Shown: positions 9,791 to 20,487, counted from the first letter of the stretch. The stretch is 64,000 bases of DNA from Bdellovibrionales bacterium (GCA_027317865.1 DAHVQG010000001.1:1-64000), one strand, 5' to 3'. Made by a program: numbers and translations. Notes: generated by a model from the letters alone, not told the origin.

Positions 9791-10642
9791 ATGAGACCAC
9801 TGCGATTACTTAAATTGTTTATTTTTATCGTCGTCACGACGCTCCTTACGACGAGTTGTACAAAAAATTATCTTGCGCAATTTGCAATGAACGACGACGA
9901 ATCTTATCTCTATGATGCGATTATAGATATAAATAAAGCTGATTATACCGACGCAATTACGGCTTGCTCCAACATTTCATCGACATCATTGCAAACGGAA
10001 CAGTACGCCACGGTTTGCGCTTCGGCTTACGCCGGCCAATGTGGGTTCACGATGACATTTTTTGAAAATAACATTACAACGTTCACTGCGCCTTGGGGAG
10101 CGTTCATGATCAAAACCCTTGGCTCCACTTCACCGAGCGCGATCTCCGAATGCGACGACGCAGAAACAATTTTGCGTAACATTGGTCCCGCTTCGACGCG
10201 AAGTTCTGACGCCAATCTGTTTATGATGGCGCTGTCTCTTTATAAAATCGGTGTCATCGCAAAAGCTTTGGGTGATCCGACAAACTCGGGATTGCTTTCG
10301 GGTTCATTTGATGCTTGCAGCATTGCCACTAGCCCTGTGGATTATCAACAAATGATGGCCGAAGCTTTTTGGGATTTATCCCAGTCGGCGGCACAACTGA
10401 CAAATGACTCGCTGGTCGGCACTTTTGCCCTAGGTATTGCAGGTGAGTGCACGCTTCTTTCGAGTGTCACTGATAGTGGCGGCAAAGCCGAGAATCTTTG
10501 TAGCGCTACAAGTGTGAGCGCGATTACAGCCGATCAGATCAAGGGCGGGTTGAGTATGCTGAAAGAGGGTTCATCGATTGGAGTGAATCAGGGTACTTGC
10601 GGTGGAGGAACAGTCGCATCAACTAATTGCCAGTGCTTATAG
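9791..10642 (+). CDS. Cys-rich lipoprotein with N-terminal TPR-like helical pair
   Basis: MRPLRLLK..LTTSC lipobox; YLYDAIIDINKADYTDAI..ASAYAGQCG helix pattern; many Cys. Confidence 0.8.
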   Translation: MRPLRLLKLFIFIVVTTLLTTSCTKNYLAQFAMNDDESYLYDAIIDINKADYTDAITACSNISSTSLQTEQYATVCASAYAGQCGFTMTFFENNITTFTAPWGAFMIKTLGSTSPSAISECDDAETILRNIGPASTRSSDANLFMMALSLYKIGVIAKALGDPTNSGLLSGSFDACSIATSPVDYQQMMAEAFWDLSQSAAQLTNDSLVGTFALGIAGECTLLSSVTDSGGKAENLCSATSVSAITADQIKGGLSMLKEGSSIGVNQGTCGGGTVASTNCQCL

Positions 10643-10660
10643 CACGACGCCACAAGGTTA

Positions 10661-11929
10661 ATGCGGCACCACTTTAGGTGTGCGAACCAGCAAAAGGAGT
10701 TGCAGATTCGCAAGAAAATACGAATCGTTTATTTTAGTGTAATTGTTGTGATGGTTTTTTCCGCCACAATGGTGTTTTGTTTTTCGCGCCGGGCTTTTGC
10801 GCACGAACTCTATCAAGTGCATCGAGATGCCCGCGAAGAAGGTATGGGCGGCGCCTATATTTCAGTCGTAAATGACGCGGAATCGCTGTGGTTCAATCCG
10901 GCCGGCATCGCACGCGACACCGGTACATATTGGACTATTGCCACAATACGAGCGGGAGCTTCAGATCCGTCTGAATTACAAGATCTTCAAAATTTGCAAA
11001 GCCAAAGTTCGTTTAATTCCACTCTCCAAAAGCTCTACGGTAAACCCATGTGGGCCGACGTTGGTGAAAAATCGCCATACGCCGACGCCGATTCGGCGTT
11101 CATTATGCCGGGTCTTGCTTTTTCGTATTTTATGGATGGTGACTCCAGTATTTTGATAGACAATCCGGTAGATCCAACTCTCGATCTCAATTACATCGAA
11201 GATAAAGGGTTTGCGCTTGGCACGGGTTTTTCGTTCGGTAATGTTTTACAATTTGGCGTTGCGGGCAAATACATTATGCGCACAGGCGTGAGACAAGCAT
11301 TCGGCGCGGATACGATCGCCAACATTCTTAACGGCGGATCAACTTCCACAATTTTCAATAGTCTTAACAATACGGGCACTGGTATTTCACTCGACGCAGG
11401 GGCAAACCTTATTTTGCCAGGGCAGATGCATCCCGTTTTTTCGTTTGTCTGGAAAAATATCGGCAACACCGATTTCAAACCCGATACGGGGAGTGCAGCC
11501 GCCCCGCCAAGCGATCCTGCGGAGTTGGAGGCTGGTGGCGCTCTTCGGTTTGATCTTCCGGGCATGACAATTTTACCTGCGTTTGAGGTTGATTATATGA
11601 ACGATTCGACAGTGCAGCTTGGTCAAAAACTTCACGCGGGTGTGGAACTTAGTTTACCGCTCATCGCACTTCGAGCGGGTCTCGACCAAGGTTATTTTAG
11701 CTACGGTTGCGGGTTTAATCTTGGTATCATTCGCATCGACGCCGCTTCTTGGGGTGAAGAAATGGGCGGGGCGCAAGGCCAAATGGAGAGCCAGCGATAT
11801 TTGGTTGAGGTCTCACTGAGAATGGGTTTTAGTGGAGCGCATAGCGGATCGGCTGACGATTCCAGCGATTCGGGCAATTGGGAGTCTTATTTTGACACAG
11901 GCGGCGATGGACGCTTTGTGAGACGCTAA
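10661..11929 (+). CDS. Outer-membrane beta-barrel, TraF/PorV/FadL-like family (paralog C), start uncertain
   Basis: REEGMGGAYISVVNDAESLWFNPAGI; LHAGVEL..GLDQGYFSYG..ASWGEE..QRY; extra G/S/D-rich C-terminal tail. Confidence 0.8.
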   Translation: MRHHFRCANQQKELQIRKKIRIVYFSVIVVMVFSATMVFCFSRRAFAHELYQVHRDAREEGMGGAYISVVNDAESLWFNPAGIARDTGTYWTIATIRAGASDPSELQDLQNLQSQSSFNSTLQKLYGKPMWADVGEKSPYADADSAFIMPGLAFSYFMDGDSSILIDNPVDPTLDLNYIEDKGFALGTGFSFGNVLQFGVAGKYIMRTGVRQAFGADTIANILNGGSTSTIFNSLNNTGTGISLDAGANLILPGQMHPVFSFVWKNIGNTDFKPDTGSAAAPPSDPAELEAGGALRFDLPGMTILPAFEVDYMNDSTVQLGQKLHAGVELSLPLIALRAGLDQGYFSYGCGFNLGIIRIDAASWGEEMGGAQGQMESQRYLVEVSLRMGFSGAHSGSADDSSDSGNWESYFDTGGDGRFVRR

Positions 11930-11964
11930 CAGCCAGACACTGACAAAATCTGTTCCTCGAATTT

Positions 11965-14661
11965 ATGATAGGGCCAATGATAAGTTGGCTCGACTCTAAC
12001 AGTAACGATGCGCGCGCGAAGGTTTCAAACGTAAGCCGTGGGGGTACCTGGCTCGTTGCTGATCTTGAAGCCAAAGAGCTGATACAAAATCAAATTTTAG
12101 AAACTACAAATTGTTTACCTGAAACCGCCGTGCTTAGAGCTAACGAGTTTTGGCGGCAAATATTAAAGGTTCATTTTTCCGGTATTGATCTAGTATCGAC
12201 TCAGTTTTTGTCTGTTTGGCTTCATGAATGGTTAAAAGAAAAAGAAGTGGAGTGGGCAAAAAGCCCCGGCGCGAGTGCGCTACTTTTGAACTACCTTGAA
12301 ATATTTTTGCCCGTTCTGGCCCGTTCGTCACAAGATACGGTGACCGATTGGCTGAAACAAAATTCTGATGCCATGCTGAGCTGGGGTCACTGGTTTTATC
12401 TCAGCGTTGAGGCATGGAGCGTTCTCTCTGAGAAAAATATTTTGTTGGCCAAATGGATTCCGGCATTTTTGGCCGGTCGCGAAGATTTACCGGATCGATT
12501 TTGGCCGCACGATGTAGTTTTGGATTTGGGGCCGGCCCTCACGGGAGTTGAAGCTGAACTTTTTGAAAAACTCGCACGTCAAAATAAGGTCACTGTGATT
12601 CTCCCAGAATTGTCGGCCCGGTCGAGCTACCCGCAAACGTTTTCAGCTTATGAACTTCTCGGTGCATCCAATGAGAAGGGCAATGCGCTCACGTCGAATG
12701 AAAGTCCGCACGTGTCTTACCACAAATTTTCGTCTGAGCTGGCAGAAGTAAAAGCGGCGGTACATTGGTTACGCGAAGCTGCCGATCGCGGAGTGAATTT
12801 GAATCAACTTGGTTTATTTTCGCCGGATATTGAACGTTATTGGCCGCTTCTTGAGGCCTACTTTCGTGTCGAAGGTTTGCCGGCGCGAAAATCGGTTGTT
12901 GTTTCGGCTGCGTCATTGCCTTTAATTCAAAATTGGCTCTCTCGCCTTCGTGTGGAATCAAAACACATTTCGACCGGCGATCTTGAGACGATTATATTCG
13001 GCGCGCGGGAATTCAGTAAAGACTTGGCGTTACCTTATGAAAAGTTCGCCCCGATTTTTCGCAGTATTTATGATGAAGCCGATTTGAATCGCGACACCCG
13101 TGTTCGACAGCTCTTTAATCAAAAGTTTCAGCCCGGCGACAAGGTCGGCCGTGACCAGTTTTTTGCTTGGGCCCTTAAGTTTTATAATGACGACATAATA
13201 ACAGGGCTTGATCGGGTGGCAGCGACTTTTTTGCAAGAATGTCCCGTTCATTTGCGGCTCGAAGTGCGGTCTTGGTTGCGATACGTTGAAAATTTGGTTG
13301 CCCGTGTTGAAATAAAGAACTCCTCTGAAAACGTCGGAATCTACTGCGGCAATTTGGATGGGGCAATTCATTTGGAGCTCGATACGGTAGTGCTGTTAGG
13401 GCTTGATTCGGACAGCGTGCGGATAAAAAATAAAATCAGTTTTCGAGAAATTGACCAAGATAAAATTGCCAAAGATTTGGGTTTCAATCTCGCTTTGGGT
13501 GACCACGATTGGTCGTACTGGATCGAGCGTGTAATGGAGAATACGAAGAACCGCTGCTTCGCGTGTTTTGCCCTCCATGATTTAAAAAGCCGTGTCCAGT
13601 CGCCATCATCAATTTGGTCGCGCGCATTTAAGACGGACGATGACGAAGGCTGTGAAACGCCAGGACTCACGCGGTGGGATGAAATTCAAAACAGTAAAGA
13701 TGAAAACGAGAATGGGCGGGTGGCTCAAGACGGCGGAGGGCTCGCGCCGGACCCATTTGTAATTGAAACGTTGCCGAAAATTTCACCGTCGCAATTAGAA
13801 AAGTATTTAGATTGCCCCTTTCAATTCGCTGCTGAAAAAATATTTCATTTAAGCGAACTCCCGGATGTTGATCTTGACGTGGACGCCATGACCACCGGCC
13901 GTCTTCTTCACGAGATTTTAAATCTTTTGACCGCTCCGCCAATGCGCTGGGATTGGTCGCAAGATGAGCTATCAAATCTTGTTGATCATGTACGATCTGA
14001 GTTTCAAATCGTGATCGCGTGTGAACCACTTTGGCCGGCTACGCGATCACGGCTTGTGCAGACTGCCGGGCGATTTTTAAATTTTGAAAAGAAGTGGCGC
14101 GAAACATTTCGTGAAACGAAAACCGTATTGCGCGAAGGTGGGCTTAAAGGGTGTGTCAATTGCGATGACGCGGGGGCCGGCCTGAAGGTTGAAGTCGCAG
14201 GCCGTATCGATCGAGTAGATCAGAACGCAAAGGGCCAGTATGTGGTTCTTGACTACAAGACGTCGGGCGGGGATCTGCGCAACCACAACTCATGGTTTGA
14301 AAACAATGAACTGCAACTATTGTTTTACAGTTATTGCATAGAAAATGGATTAACTGAGCTACCGCCGGGGCCCGTCGTCGGGGCATTTTATTTCACAATG
14401 AATGAAATCAGGCGCGAGAAGGGATTTCGCGATATAAGTTCGTTAAGCGAATCAAGCGGTAGGCTTTTTGACGAAGCTCCTCGTGGCGGGAGTCATTTGA
14501 CCCGAAATGAGCTCGATGAACTATATAAAAAGCTTCGAGAGAAAATAGGCGAAGCTGTCGGGCAAATGAAGAACGGAAATTTTGTGCCTAACCCACGGGA
14601 CTTTAAAATATGCGAAGAATGTAATTGGAGGACCCTGTGCCGGGCACCTCATCTGAACTAA
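11965..14661 (+). CDS. addB: AddB-like DNA repair subunit (degenerate helicase fold plus PD-(D/E)XK nuclease with Fe-S staple)
   Basis: SPSQLEKYLDCPF, GRIDRVD, VLDYKTS, C-terminal CEECNWRTLC; directly upstream of an addA-like gene. Confidence 0.85.
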   Translation: MIGPMISWLDSNSNDARAKVSNVSRGGTWLVADLEAKELIQNQILETTNCLPETAVLRANEFWRQILKVHFSGIDLVSTQFLSVWLHEWLKEKEVEWAKSPGASALLLNYLEIFLPVLARSSQDTVTDWLKQNSDAMLSWGHWFYLSVEAWSVLSEKNILLAKWIPAFLAGREDLPDRFWPHDVVLDLGPALTGVEAELFEKLARQNKVTVILPELSARSSYPQTFSAYELLGASNEKGNALTSNESPHVSYHKFSSELAEVKAAVHWLREAADRGVNLNQLGLFSPDIERYWPLLEAYFRVEGLPARKSVVVSAASLPLIQNWLSRLRVESKHISTGDLETIIFGAREFSKDLALPYEKFAPIFRSIYDEADLNRDTRVRQLFNQKFQPGDKVGRDQFFAWALKFYNDDIITGLDRVAATFLQECPVHLRLEVRSWLRYVENLVARVEIKNSSENVGIYCGNLDGAIHLELDTVVLLGLDSDSVRIKNKISFREIDQDKIAKDLGFNLALGDHDWSYWIERVMENTKNRCFACFALHDLKSRVQSPSSIWSRAFKTDDDEGCETPGLTRWDEIQNSKDENENGRVAQDGGGLAPDPFVIETLPKISPSQLEKYLDCPFQFAAEKIFHLSELPDVDLDVDAMTTGRLLHEILNLLTAPPMRWDWSQDELSNLVDHVRSEFQIVIACEPLWPATRSRLVQTAGRFLNFEKKWRETFRETKTVLREGGLKGCVNCDDAGAGLKVEVAGRIDRVDQNAKGQYVVLDYKTSGGDLRNHNSWFENNELQLLFYSYCIENGLTELPPGPVVGAFYFTMNEIRREKGFRDISSLSESSGRLFDEAPRGGSHLTRNELDELYKKLREKIGEAVGQMKNGNFVPNPRDFKICEECNWRTLCRAPHLN

Positions 14662-17600
14662 ATTTGCTTCTCACACAGTCGGAGATTGTCCGCGCGGGAG
14701 CAGGTGCCGGTAAAACAACGGCACTGACAAAGCGCGTATTGGACGTGGCGCGCGCTTATCGCAACGAACATAAAAGATTGCCGCGAATTGTAGTGACCAC
14801 GTTTACGCGAAAAGCGACCGAGGAACTTCGCGAGCGGCTCTTAAAAAATGCAACTGAAGACGGAGATTGGGAACTTGTCGAATATGTTTCGTCTGGCAAG
14901 TCGCTCGTCATCTCGACGATTCACGGAGTTCTAACGCGGTTTTTGCGTCAGTATGGACATTTGCTAGGGCTTGACGGGAATTTGCAAATTATGAATCGTG
15001 CCTCGGCAAATCGGCGACAACGGAAAATCATCAAAGACATTTTAGCCGGTCACGCCGAATTTCATAGTCTTTTGGATCATCTTACGGTGGGGCAACTCGT
15101 CGAAGCATTGTCTGAAAGCGTTGAAGCCACAAGTTTTCATTTAAGCCCTCGCCCGGCGAATTTAAGCGATTTAACTTCTGCTTGCGAGAAGAAGAAAAAA
15201 GAACTTTGCGTTGGGCTTGGCCGTGTAACAAGAACCGCAATCGACGAGTGCGAAAGTGAAAATTGGCTAGACGCTCTTAAGATTTTCGCTGAGCTTTCTG
15301 AAAAGGAAAACTTAGAAGAAATTATAGAGGTCAAAAAGCCGAGATTCATGTCGAAGAACCCGCCCTTTCAAAAGGAACTAAGTGACGAAATCAGCGAAAT
15401 TCTAAAAGAAATTAAGGAATTTCTGGGCAGCGAAAATACGCCAGCCGCGCTTTCGCAGTTTGCAGACGCCGCACTGCTTTTTGCAAAACTTCGCGAACTT
15501 TTTATCGCGGAGCTTAACCGTGTTGTTTGTGAGACAGGGCAACTTGAAATGCGGGATATCGAGCGGTTTGCAGCTTCGTCGATTGAGACGTCACCAGCTT
15601 TGGCGCGAGCATTCGGCTCCGAGTGGGATTATTGGCTCATAGATGAGTTTCAAGATACAAGTCCGCTTCAGGTGCGGCTTCTTCGGGAGTTTATCGGGCA
15701 AACTCCCGCGTATTTTGTTGGGGACCCTCAACAAAGCATTTATTTATTTCGCGGCGCCCGTCGCGATGTATTTGAAAAGCAAGAGCGAATTGTGCAAAGA
15801 GCGGGCGGGGAATTGTCGTTTTTAGACGTGAACTATCGTTCTAATCCATCACTGCTGCTTTTTTTCAACGATGTTTTTTCACAAATCAGTCCCGCCTTTA
15901 TGCGAATGAAGCCGAAGTCGGAACCTGTAGAAGCATCACGTATTGCCACATTTTACTCTATTGAAAACGATAGCGACGATCCTTACGCGCCAATTGTTCA
16001 ACATGTGCAGCACGCCGATTCCGAACCTTTTGATTCATTTTGTGTGTTGGCCAGAAGAAATAGCGAACTTCTTGATATCGCGCGCGCATTTGAGCACTAC
16101 GGCATCCCAACTTATGTGCATGCGGGAGGGCGCTTCTTTGAAAGCCGCGAAGTTCTCGACTTAATTTCGATTCTGAAATTTTTGTTGAATCCCCACGATC
16201 ATCTCAATCTCATCCGGGTATTACGTTCGCCGTGGTTTTATGTCCCTGACGCTAAAATAGCCGAAGTCACGATCAAAAAACCAACGCAATATTGGACCGC
16301 GTTTCAGGAGCAGCTTTCTGGCGATTTGGTTATTGGAGAATTGGCCCGGTATCGCGAAATGACGTCAACTGTTGGTGTGTTTGAAACACTTCGTACGATT
16401 GTGCTTGAAAGACAAATAGTCGATTATTGCGCGGTTCGAGATGCTACGGGTATCAAAGAGGCCAACATTTGGAAGTTTTTATCGGTTTTGCGCGAATCCG
16501 AACGGTCACCGGGATTTCAATATTTGCAGTTTATAAATGAACTGTTGCGCGAAGATGTATCGGCCGGTGGCGATGAGGACGCGGACGCGGTTGCTGCTGT
16601 TGAACCGAATCATGTGAACTTGATGACGATTCACAAATCAAAAGGTTTAAAATTTCGTCACGTGATATTACCGAACCTTCACCGGCGCCCTCGATTTTCA
16701 GAATCACGCGGCCACGAGTCGCCGTTTGTTATGAACGAAAGCTCGGGATTATTTTCAATTGCTTTGAAAGTCGAACGACAAGGCGGCGATTCGAAGAAAT
16801 TGACCCACAGTATCTTGGCGAAAGAAGTGCTCGAAGAGTTTTCGAACTACGAACGCGAAGAAATGGATCGACTTCTATATGTTGCGATGACTCGCGCCGA
16901 AGAGTCGGTGGTTTTTCATTCGGCCGCCCCCGAAGCGGGCAGCTTTGCTGAAAAGCTATCTCAGTTTTTTGAAAAAACAGGAGTGAACGAGCGCCAACAA
17001 TACGCCTACGAAGTGCGAAAGTCTTGGCCAGAACCTCAAGCTGCGAATCGCCAAACGGAAAATGCGAAGTCCGTTCGGCCGCGGTTTTTGAATGCAATCG
17101 CGGCGCCGGATAATTCAATGCGGTGGTCGGTTACTGACCTTGTTGAAAAGCACAGTTCGAGCAATTCGCATTCAAATGAAAATCGACTTTTATCGAGCCA
17201 ACTTCAGAAGCAACTGGAGCTGCCGGTATGGGGCCAAAAACTTCACTCCTATTTTGAAATTCAAAAATACAAGAGTTTGAGCGGCCACAGCGGATTTAAC
17301 GGGGATGCACGCGCATATTTTGAAAAATGGTTCGGTGCCGAAGCGGCGAGATTTATTCACGCCGCCGATTTCACATTAAAATTAAAGGAGCCGCCCGTAC
17401 GAGAGCTCATCGAAAAGGGTTTTGTGGAGTGGGGCTTTCAACTCAAATCGAAAATTGGAATTATCGAAGGGCAAATTGATCTGTGGGGAACGATTGGCGG
17501 CATCACCTGGCTTGTCGATTATAAATCAGGGAGTGCCGCTTACGAGCAAAAAGCGTTTTATCAGCTTGATTTATACACGCAGGCTTTGCGAGCGGTCGGC

Positions 17601-17726
17601 GTCACTGAACCGATCCGTTGCGCGGTCATATACGCGCTTGATGGCAAGGTGGTGATTCGGGCCGCGCGTGCACGCGAAGAAATTGAAGGCGATTTACTTT
17701 CTTACCCACGTTTCAAAACTAAATGA
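14625..17726 (+). CDS. addA: AddA-like UvrD-family helicase/nuclease
   Basis: AGAGAGKT, TFTRKA, IDEFQDT, VGDPQQSIYLFRGA, MTIHKSKGL, LYVAMTRA; C-terminal GQIDL..VDYKSG nuclease. Confidence 0.92.
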   Translation: MEDPVPGTSSELNLLLTQSEIVRAGAGAGKTTALTKRVLDVARAYRNEHKRLPRIVVTTFTRKATEELRERLLKNATEDGDWELVEYVSSGKSLVISTIHGVLTRFLRQYGHLLGLDGNLQIMNRASANRRQRKIIKDILAGHAEFHSLLDHLTVGQLVEALSESVEATSFHLSPRPANLSDLTSACEKKKKELCVGLGRVTRTAIDECESENWLDALKIFAELSEKENLEEIIEVKKPRFMSKNPPFQKELSDEISEILKEIKEFLGSENTPAALSQFADAALLFAKLRELFIAELNRVVCETGQLEMRDIERFAASSIETSPALARAFGSEWDYWLIDEFQDTSPLQVRLLREFIGQTPAYFVGDPQQSIYLFRGARRDVFEKQERIVQRAGGELSFLDVNYRSNPSLLLFFNDVFSQISPAFMRMKPKSEPVEASRIATFYSIENDSDDPYAPIVQHVQHADSEPFDSFCVLARRNSELLDIARAFEHYGIPTYVHAGGRFFESREVLDLISILKFLLNPHDHLNLIRVLRSPWFYVPDAKIAEVTIKKPTQYWTAFQEQLSGDLVIGELARYREMTSTVGVFETLRTIVLERQIVDYCAVRDATGIKEANIWKFLSVLRESERSPGFQYLQFINELLREDVSAGGDEDADAVAAVEPNHVNLMTIHKSKGLKFRHVILPNLHRRPRFSESRGHESPFVMNESSGLFSIALKVERQGGDSKKLTHSILAKEVLEEFSNYEREEMDRLLYVAMTRAEESVVFHSAAPEAGSFAEKLSQFFEKTGVNERQQYAYEVRKSWPEPQAANRQTENAKSVRPRFLNAIAAPDNSMRWSVTDLVEKHSSSNSHSNENRLLSSQLQKQLELPVWGQKLHSYFEIQKYKSLSGHSGFNGDARAYFEKWFGAEAARFIHAADFTLKLKEPPVRELIEKGFVEWGFQLKSKIGIIEGQIDLWGTIGGITWLVDYKSGSAAYEQKAFYQLDLYTQALRAVGVTEPIRCAVIYALDGKVVIRAARAREEIEGDLLSYPRFKTK

Positions 17727-18242
17727 AACGGTATCGTTACTTGCTCCGGGTGAGCTCGTATGGTCTTGTTTTTCAACACGGCGAAATTGTTTAACATCGG
17801 GATCTGGGTAAAACGCGTCGCCATCATAATCGCGATGAACTCGAGTCAAAAAAATAGTGTCAACATATTGAATGGACTGCCGGTAGATTTCACCGCCGCC
17901 GATAATAAATATTTCGTTATGATATTTGGGCGCGAGTTCTTTGCAATAGGCAATTGCCTCTTCAATTGTTGCAACAATATGCACGGGTGAATTGTTGGGT
18001 TTTGTCGGGTGGCTTTCATTACCGATTATTTTGGGGCGGTAATTTTTTTGCCGGGTAACGACAACGTTTAAGCGATTCGGTAAGGGATGTTCTACGGCTT
18101 CAAATGTTTTTCGCCCCATTATGAGTGCGCTGCCTCGGGTACGCTCCCGAAACCATTTCATATCATCGGGAATATGCCACGGGAGTTTGCCGCCTTTACC
18201 AATGACGCCGTTTTTTGCCGCTGCGACGATGTGGGCAATCAT
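17694..18242 (-). CDS. folA: Dihydrofolate reductase (alternative start GTG 18293 coupled to thyA)
   Basis: IVAAAKNGVIG..LPWHIPDD, IMGRKTF, LPNRLNVVVT, IIGGGEIY, GDAFYP. Confidence 0.95.
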   Translation of the reverse strand: MIAHIVAAAKNGVIGKGGKLPWHIPDDMKWFRERTRGSALIMGRKTFEAVEHPLPNRLNVVVTRQKNYRPKIIGNESHPTKPNNSPVHIVATIEEAIAYCKELAPKYHNEIFIIGGGEIYRQSIQYVDTIFLTRVHRDYDGDAFYPDPDVKQFRRVEKQDHTSSPGASNDTVSFSFETWVRK

Positions 18243-18289
18243 GATTTGTTTCGTACCGCACTTTTTTGCCGGCTCTCGCAGGCCATCGT

Positions 18290-19084
18290 TCACACGCTCA
18301 CCTCGGCTTTAATGTGCGGATGTGGATCATAACCGACCAATTGAAAATCTTCGTATTTAAAATCAAAAATATTTTTGCGTTCAGGATTTAAGCACATTTT
18401 GGGCAGCGGCCGTGGCTCGCGGGTAAGTTGCAGCCGTGCTTGCTCTAAGTGATTGAGATAAAGATGGGCGTCGCCAAAAGTGTGAATGAATTCTCCTGGA
18501 GCGTAACCGGTCACTTGCGCCACCATCATAGTGAGAAGCGCGTAACTGGCGATGTTAAACGGCACTCCTAAAAATACGTCGGCCGAACGTTGATACAGTT
18601 GGCATGAAAGCCGGCCCTCACTAACAAAAAATTGAAAGAACGCATGACACGGTGGCAAGGCCATTTGACCTACATCGGCGGGATTGTAGGCGACCACGAG
18701 ATGGCGCCTTGAAAACGGATTTTTGCAAATATTGTCGATAACCATAGATATTTGATCAATGGTATGGCCGTCAGGAGCTTGCCATGATCGCCATTGTTTG
18801 CCGTAAACCGGCCCCAAGTCGCCGCGTTCGTCTGCCCATACATCCCAAATGTGCACACCGTTTTCGCGCAAGTAACCGATATTCGTGTCACCGCGCAAAA
18901 ACCACAAGAGTTCATAGATTATCGATTTAAGATGGACTTTCTTTGTTGTCACCAGCGGAAAACCCTCTTGCAGTTGAAACCGCATTTGGTGGCCAAAAAC
19001 ACTAAGCGTGCCGGTGCCGGTGCGATCTTCACGCTTCGAGCCTTCGCTAAGAATTCGTTTCATTAATTCGTGGTATTGTTTCAT
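18290..19084 (-). CDS. thyA: Thymidylate synthase
   Basis: [41 protein letters not shown]. Confidence 0.98.
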   Translation of the reverse strand: MKQYHELMKRILSEGSKREDRTGTGTLSVFGHQMRFQLQEGFPLVTTKKVHLKSIIYELLWFLRGDTNIGYLRENGVHIWDVWADERGDLGPVYGKQWRSWQAPDGHTIDQISMVIDNICKNPFSRRHLVVAYNPADVGQMALPPCHAFFQFFVSEGRLSCQLYQRSADVFLGVPFNIASYALLTMMVAQVTGYAPGEFIHTFGDAHLYLNHLEQARLQLTREPRPLPKMCLNPERKNIFDFKYEDFQLVGYDPHPHIKAEVSV

Positions 19085-19170
19085 AACGTACCCATCCTGC
19101 GTGCACCCCGTAACCTGCAATTGGCCCTCTGCGTGACATATACCACACATTTTGGGACACTCAAAAACAA

Positions 19171-20487
19171 ATGGAAATTCGCGACCCGATACATGGCACT
19201 ATTGCGATCCCTGATGCCGAGTCAAATCTACTGGACTCGGTCGCCTTTCAACGCCTTCGACAAATTAAGCAGTTGGGATTTTCGGAATTTAGCTTCCCCG
19301 GGGCGACCCACAATCGCTTTTTGCATTCCGTCGGGGCCGCTCACGTTGCTTCGCTGATTTTTGACAATATTTTTCGTAAATACAAATTTACGTCGGATTT
19401 GGTACGAGTGAGGCTCCGCCAAGCCCTACGTCTTGCTGTTTTACTTCACGACATCGGTCACGGACCGCTGAGTCACGCAAGCGAAGAAGTGATGCCGAAA
19501 GTTTCAGACCTTAAGATCGATGTTTATAGTCATTTGCGCACTGACTTACAGCTACCCGAAGGAGCGCTCGACTTCGAACGTCAAGCGAATCACGAAGATT
19601 ACACAATAAAATTCATTACAGATTCATCGCTGACCAAAGTGTTGCAAAAAAATTTCGGCGACATTCCGCCCGTTTGTATAGCCGCCCTTATCGATAAGCG
19701 ACTCACTGCCGCCGACGATTTTTTTTGCGATGGTGACATCGATTTTCGCGCCATATTAAGTCAAATCGTCTCGTCTGAACTGGATGCCGACCGCCTCGAT
19801 TATCTCGAGCGCGACGCTTATTTTTGCGGCACTAATTATGGGCGTATCGAACTTGAGTGGATTATTACGAATCTTACGTATTGCCAAATTGAAAATGAAA
19901 TGTATTTAGCTCTTAACCGCCGCGCGCTTTATGCGTTCGATGATTTTTTACTCGCTCGTCATCATATGAACCTTATGGTTTATTTTCACCACAAGGCGAT
20001 CATGTACGAAGAGCTCCTTATGCGTTATCTAACGTCAAAAGATTGTACTTTTCATTTACCGGCCGATATTGAAGAGTACATCGATTGCACCGACTACGCG
20101 CTCTATCAACATTTACGTTCGGTGCAAAACGAGTGGGCAAAACGCATTACGGAGCGGCGAATTTATAAAGTGCTTTTTGAGTTACACTCTACCGGTAAAA
20201 CGGAGCGGCCTGAACTCATTCAAAAGGTTCTCGAAGACGCTGGAATTTCAGTTATTCTCGCATCTTCGAGTATACGATTATCGAAATATCACGGCAGCAA
20301 CAGCTTTGAAAAAAACTTTCCGATTTACGTGGTCGACTTATACGACCGGCTGTCAAAACCGTATCCCATCGAAAAGTCGACAGAGATTTTTCAGAAATAT
20401 GACGAGATCCGCCGCATTGAGCGGTTATATGTCCCACCCGAAGAGTTGCCTCGCGCCGAGAAAATTTTGATCGACAAGAGGCTGTAA
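19171..20487 (+). CDS. HD-domain phosphohydrolase (SAMHD1/dNTP triphosphohydrolase-like)
   Basis: [48 protein letters not shown]. Confidence 0.9.
   Translation: MEIRDPIHGTIAIPDAESNLLDSVAFQRLRQIKQLGFSEFSFPGATHNRFLHSVGAAHVASLIFDNIFRKYKFTSDLVRVRLRQALRLAVLLHDIGHGPLSHASEEVMPKVSDLKIDVYSHLRTDLQLPEGALDFERQANHEDYTIKFITDSSLTKVLQKNFGDIPPVCIAALIDKRLTAADDFFCDGDIDFRAILSQIVSSELDADRLDYLERDAYFCGTNYGRIELEWIITNLTYCQIENEMYLALNRRALYAFDDFLLARHHMNLMVYFHHKAIMYEELLMRYLTSKDCTFHLPADIEEYIDCTDYALYQHLRSVQNEWAKRITERRIYKVLFELHSTGKTERPELIQKVLEDAGISVILASSSIRLSKYHGSNSFEKNFPIYVVDLYDRLSKPYPIEKSTEIFQKYDEIRRIERLYVPPEELPRAEKILIDKRL

Noticed and set aside
10661-10678. Shared MRHHFR peptide at the start of ORF 10661 and in the upstream extension of ORF 22652-23371
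   Set aside because: Nucleotide sequences differ and the second copy lies upstream of the probable start; treated as coincidence.
1847-11929. Conjugative element or type IX secretion system suggested by TraF/PorV-like barrels
   Set aside because: No relaxase, VirB4/TraC, coupling protein, integrase or T9SS core genes in the window; flanking genes are core chromosomal.
11965-17726. Cas4/Cas3-like or antiphage helicase-nuclease pair
   Set aside because: Architecture and motifs match housekeeping AddAB; no CRISPR array or cas1/cas2 seen.
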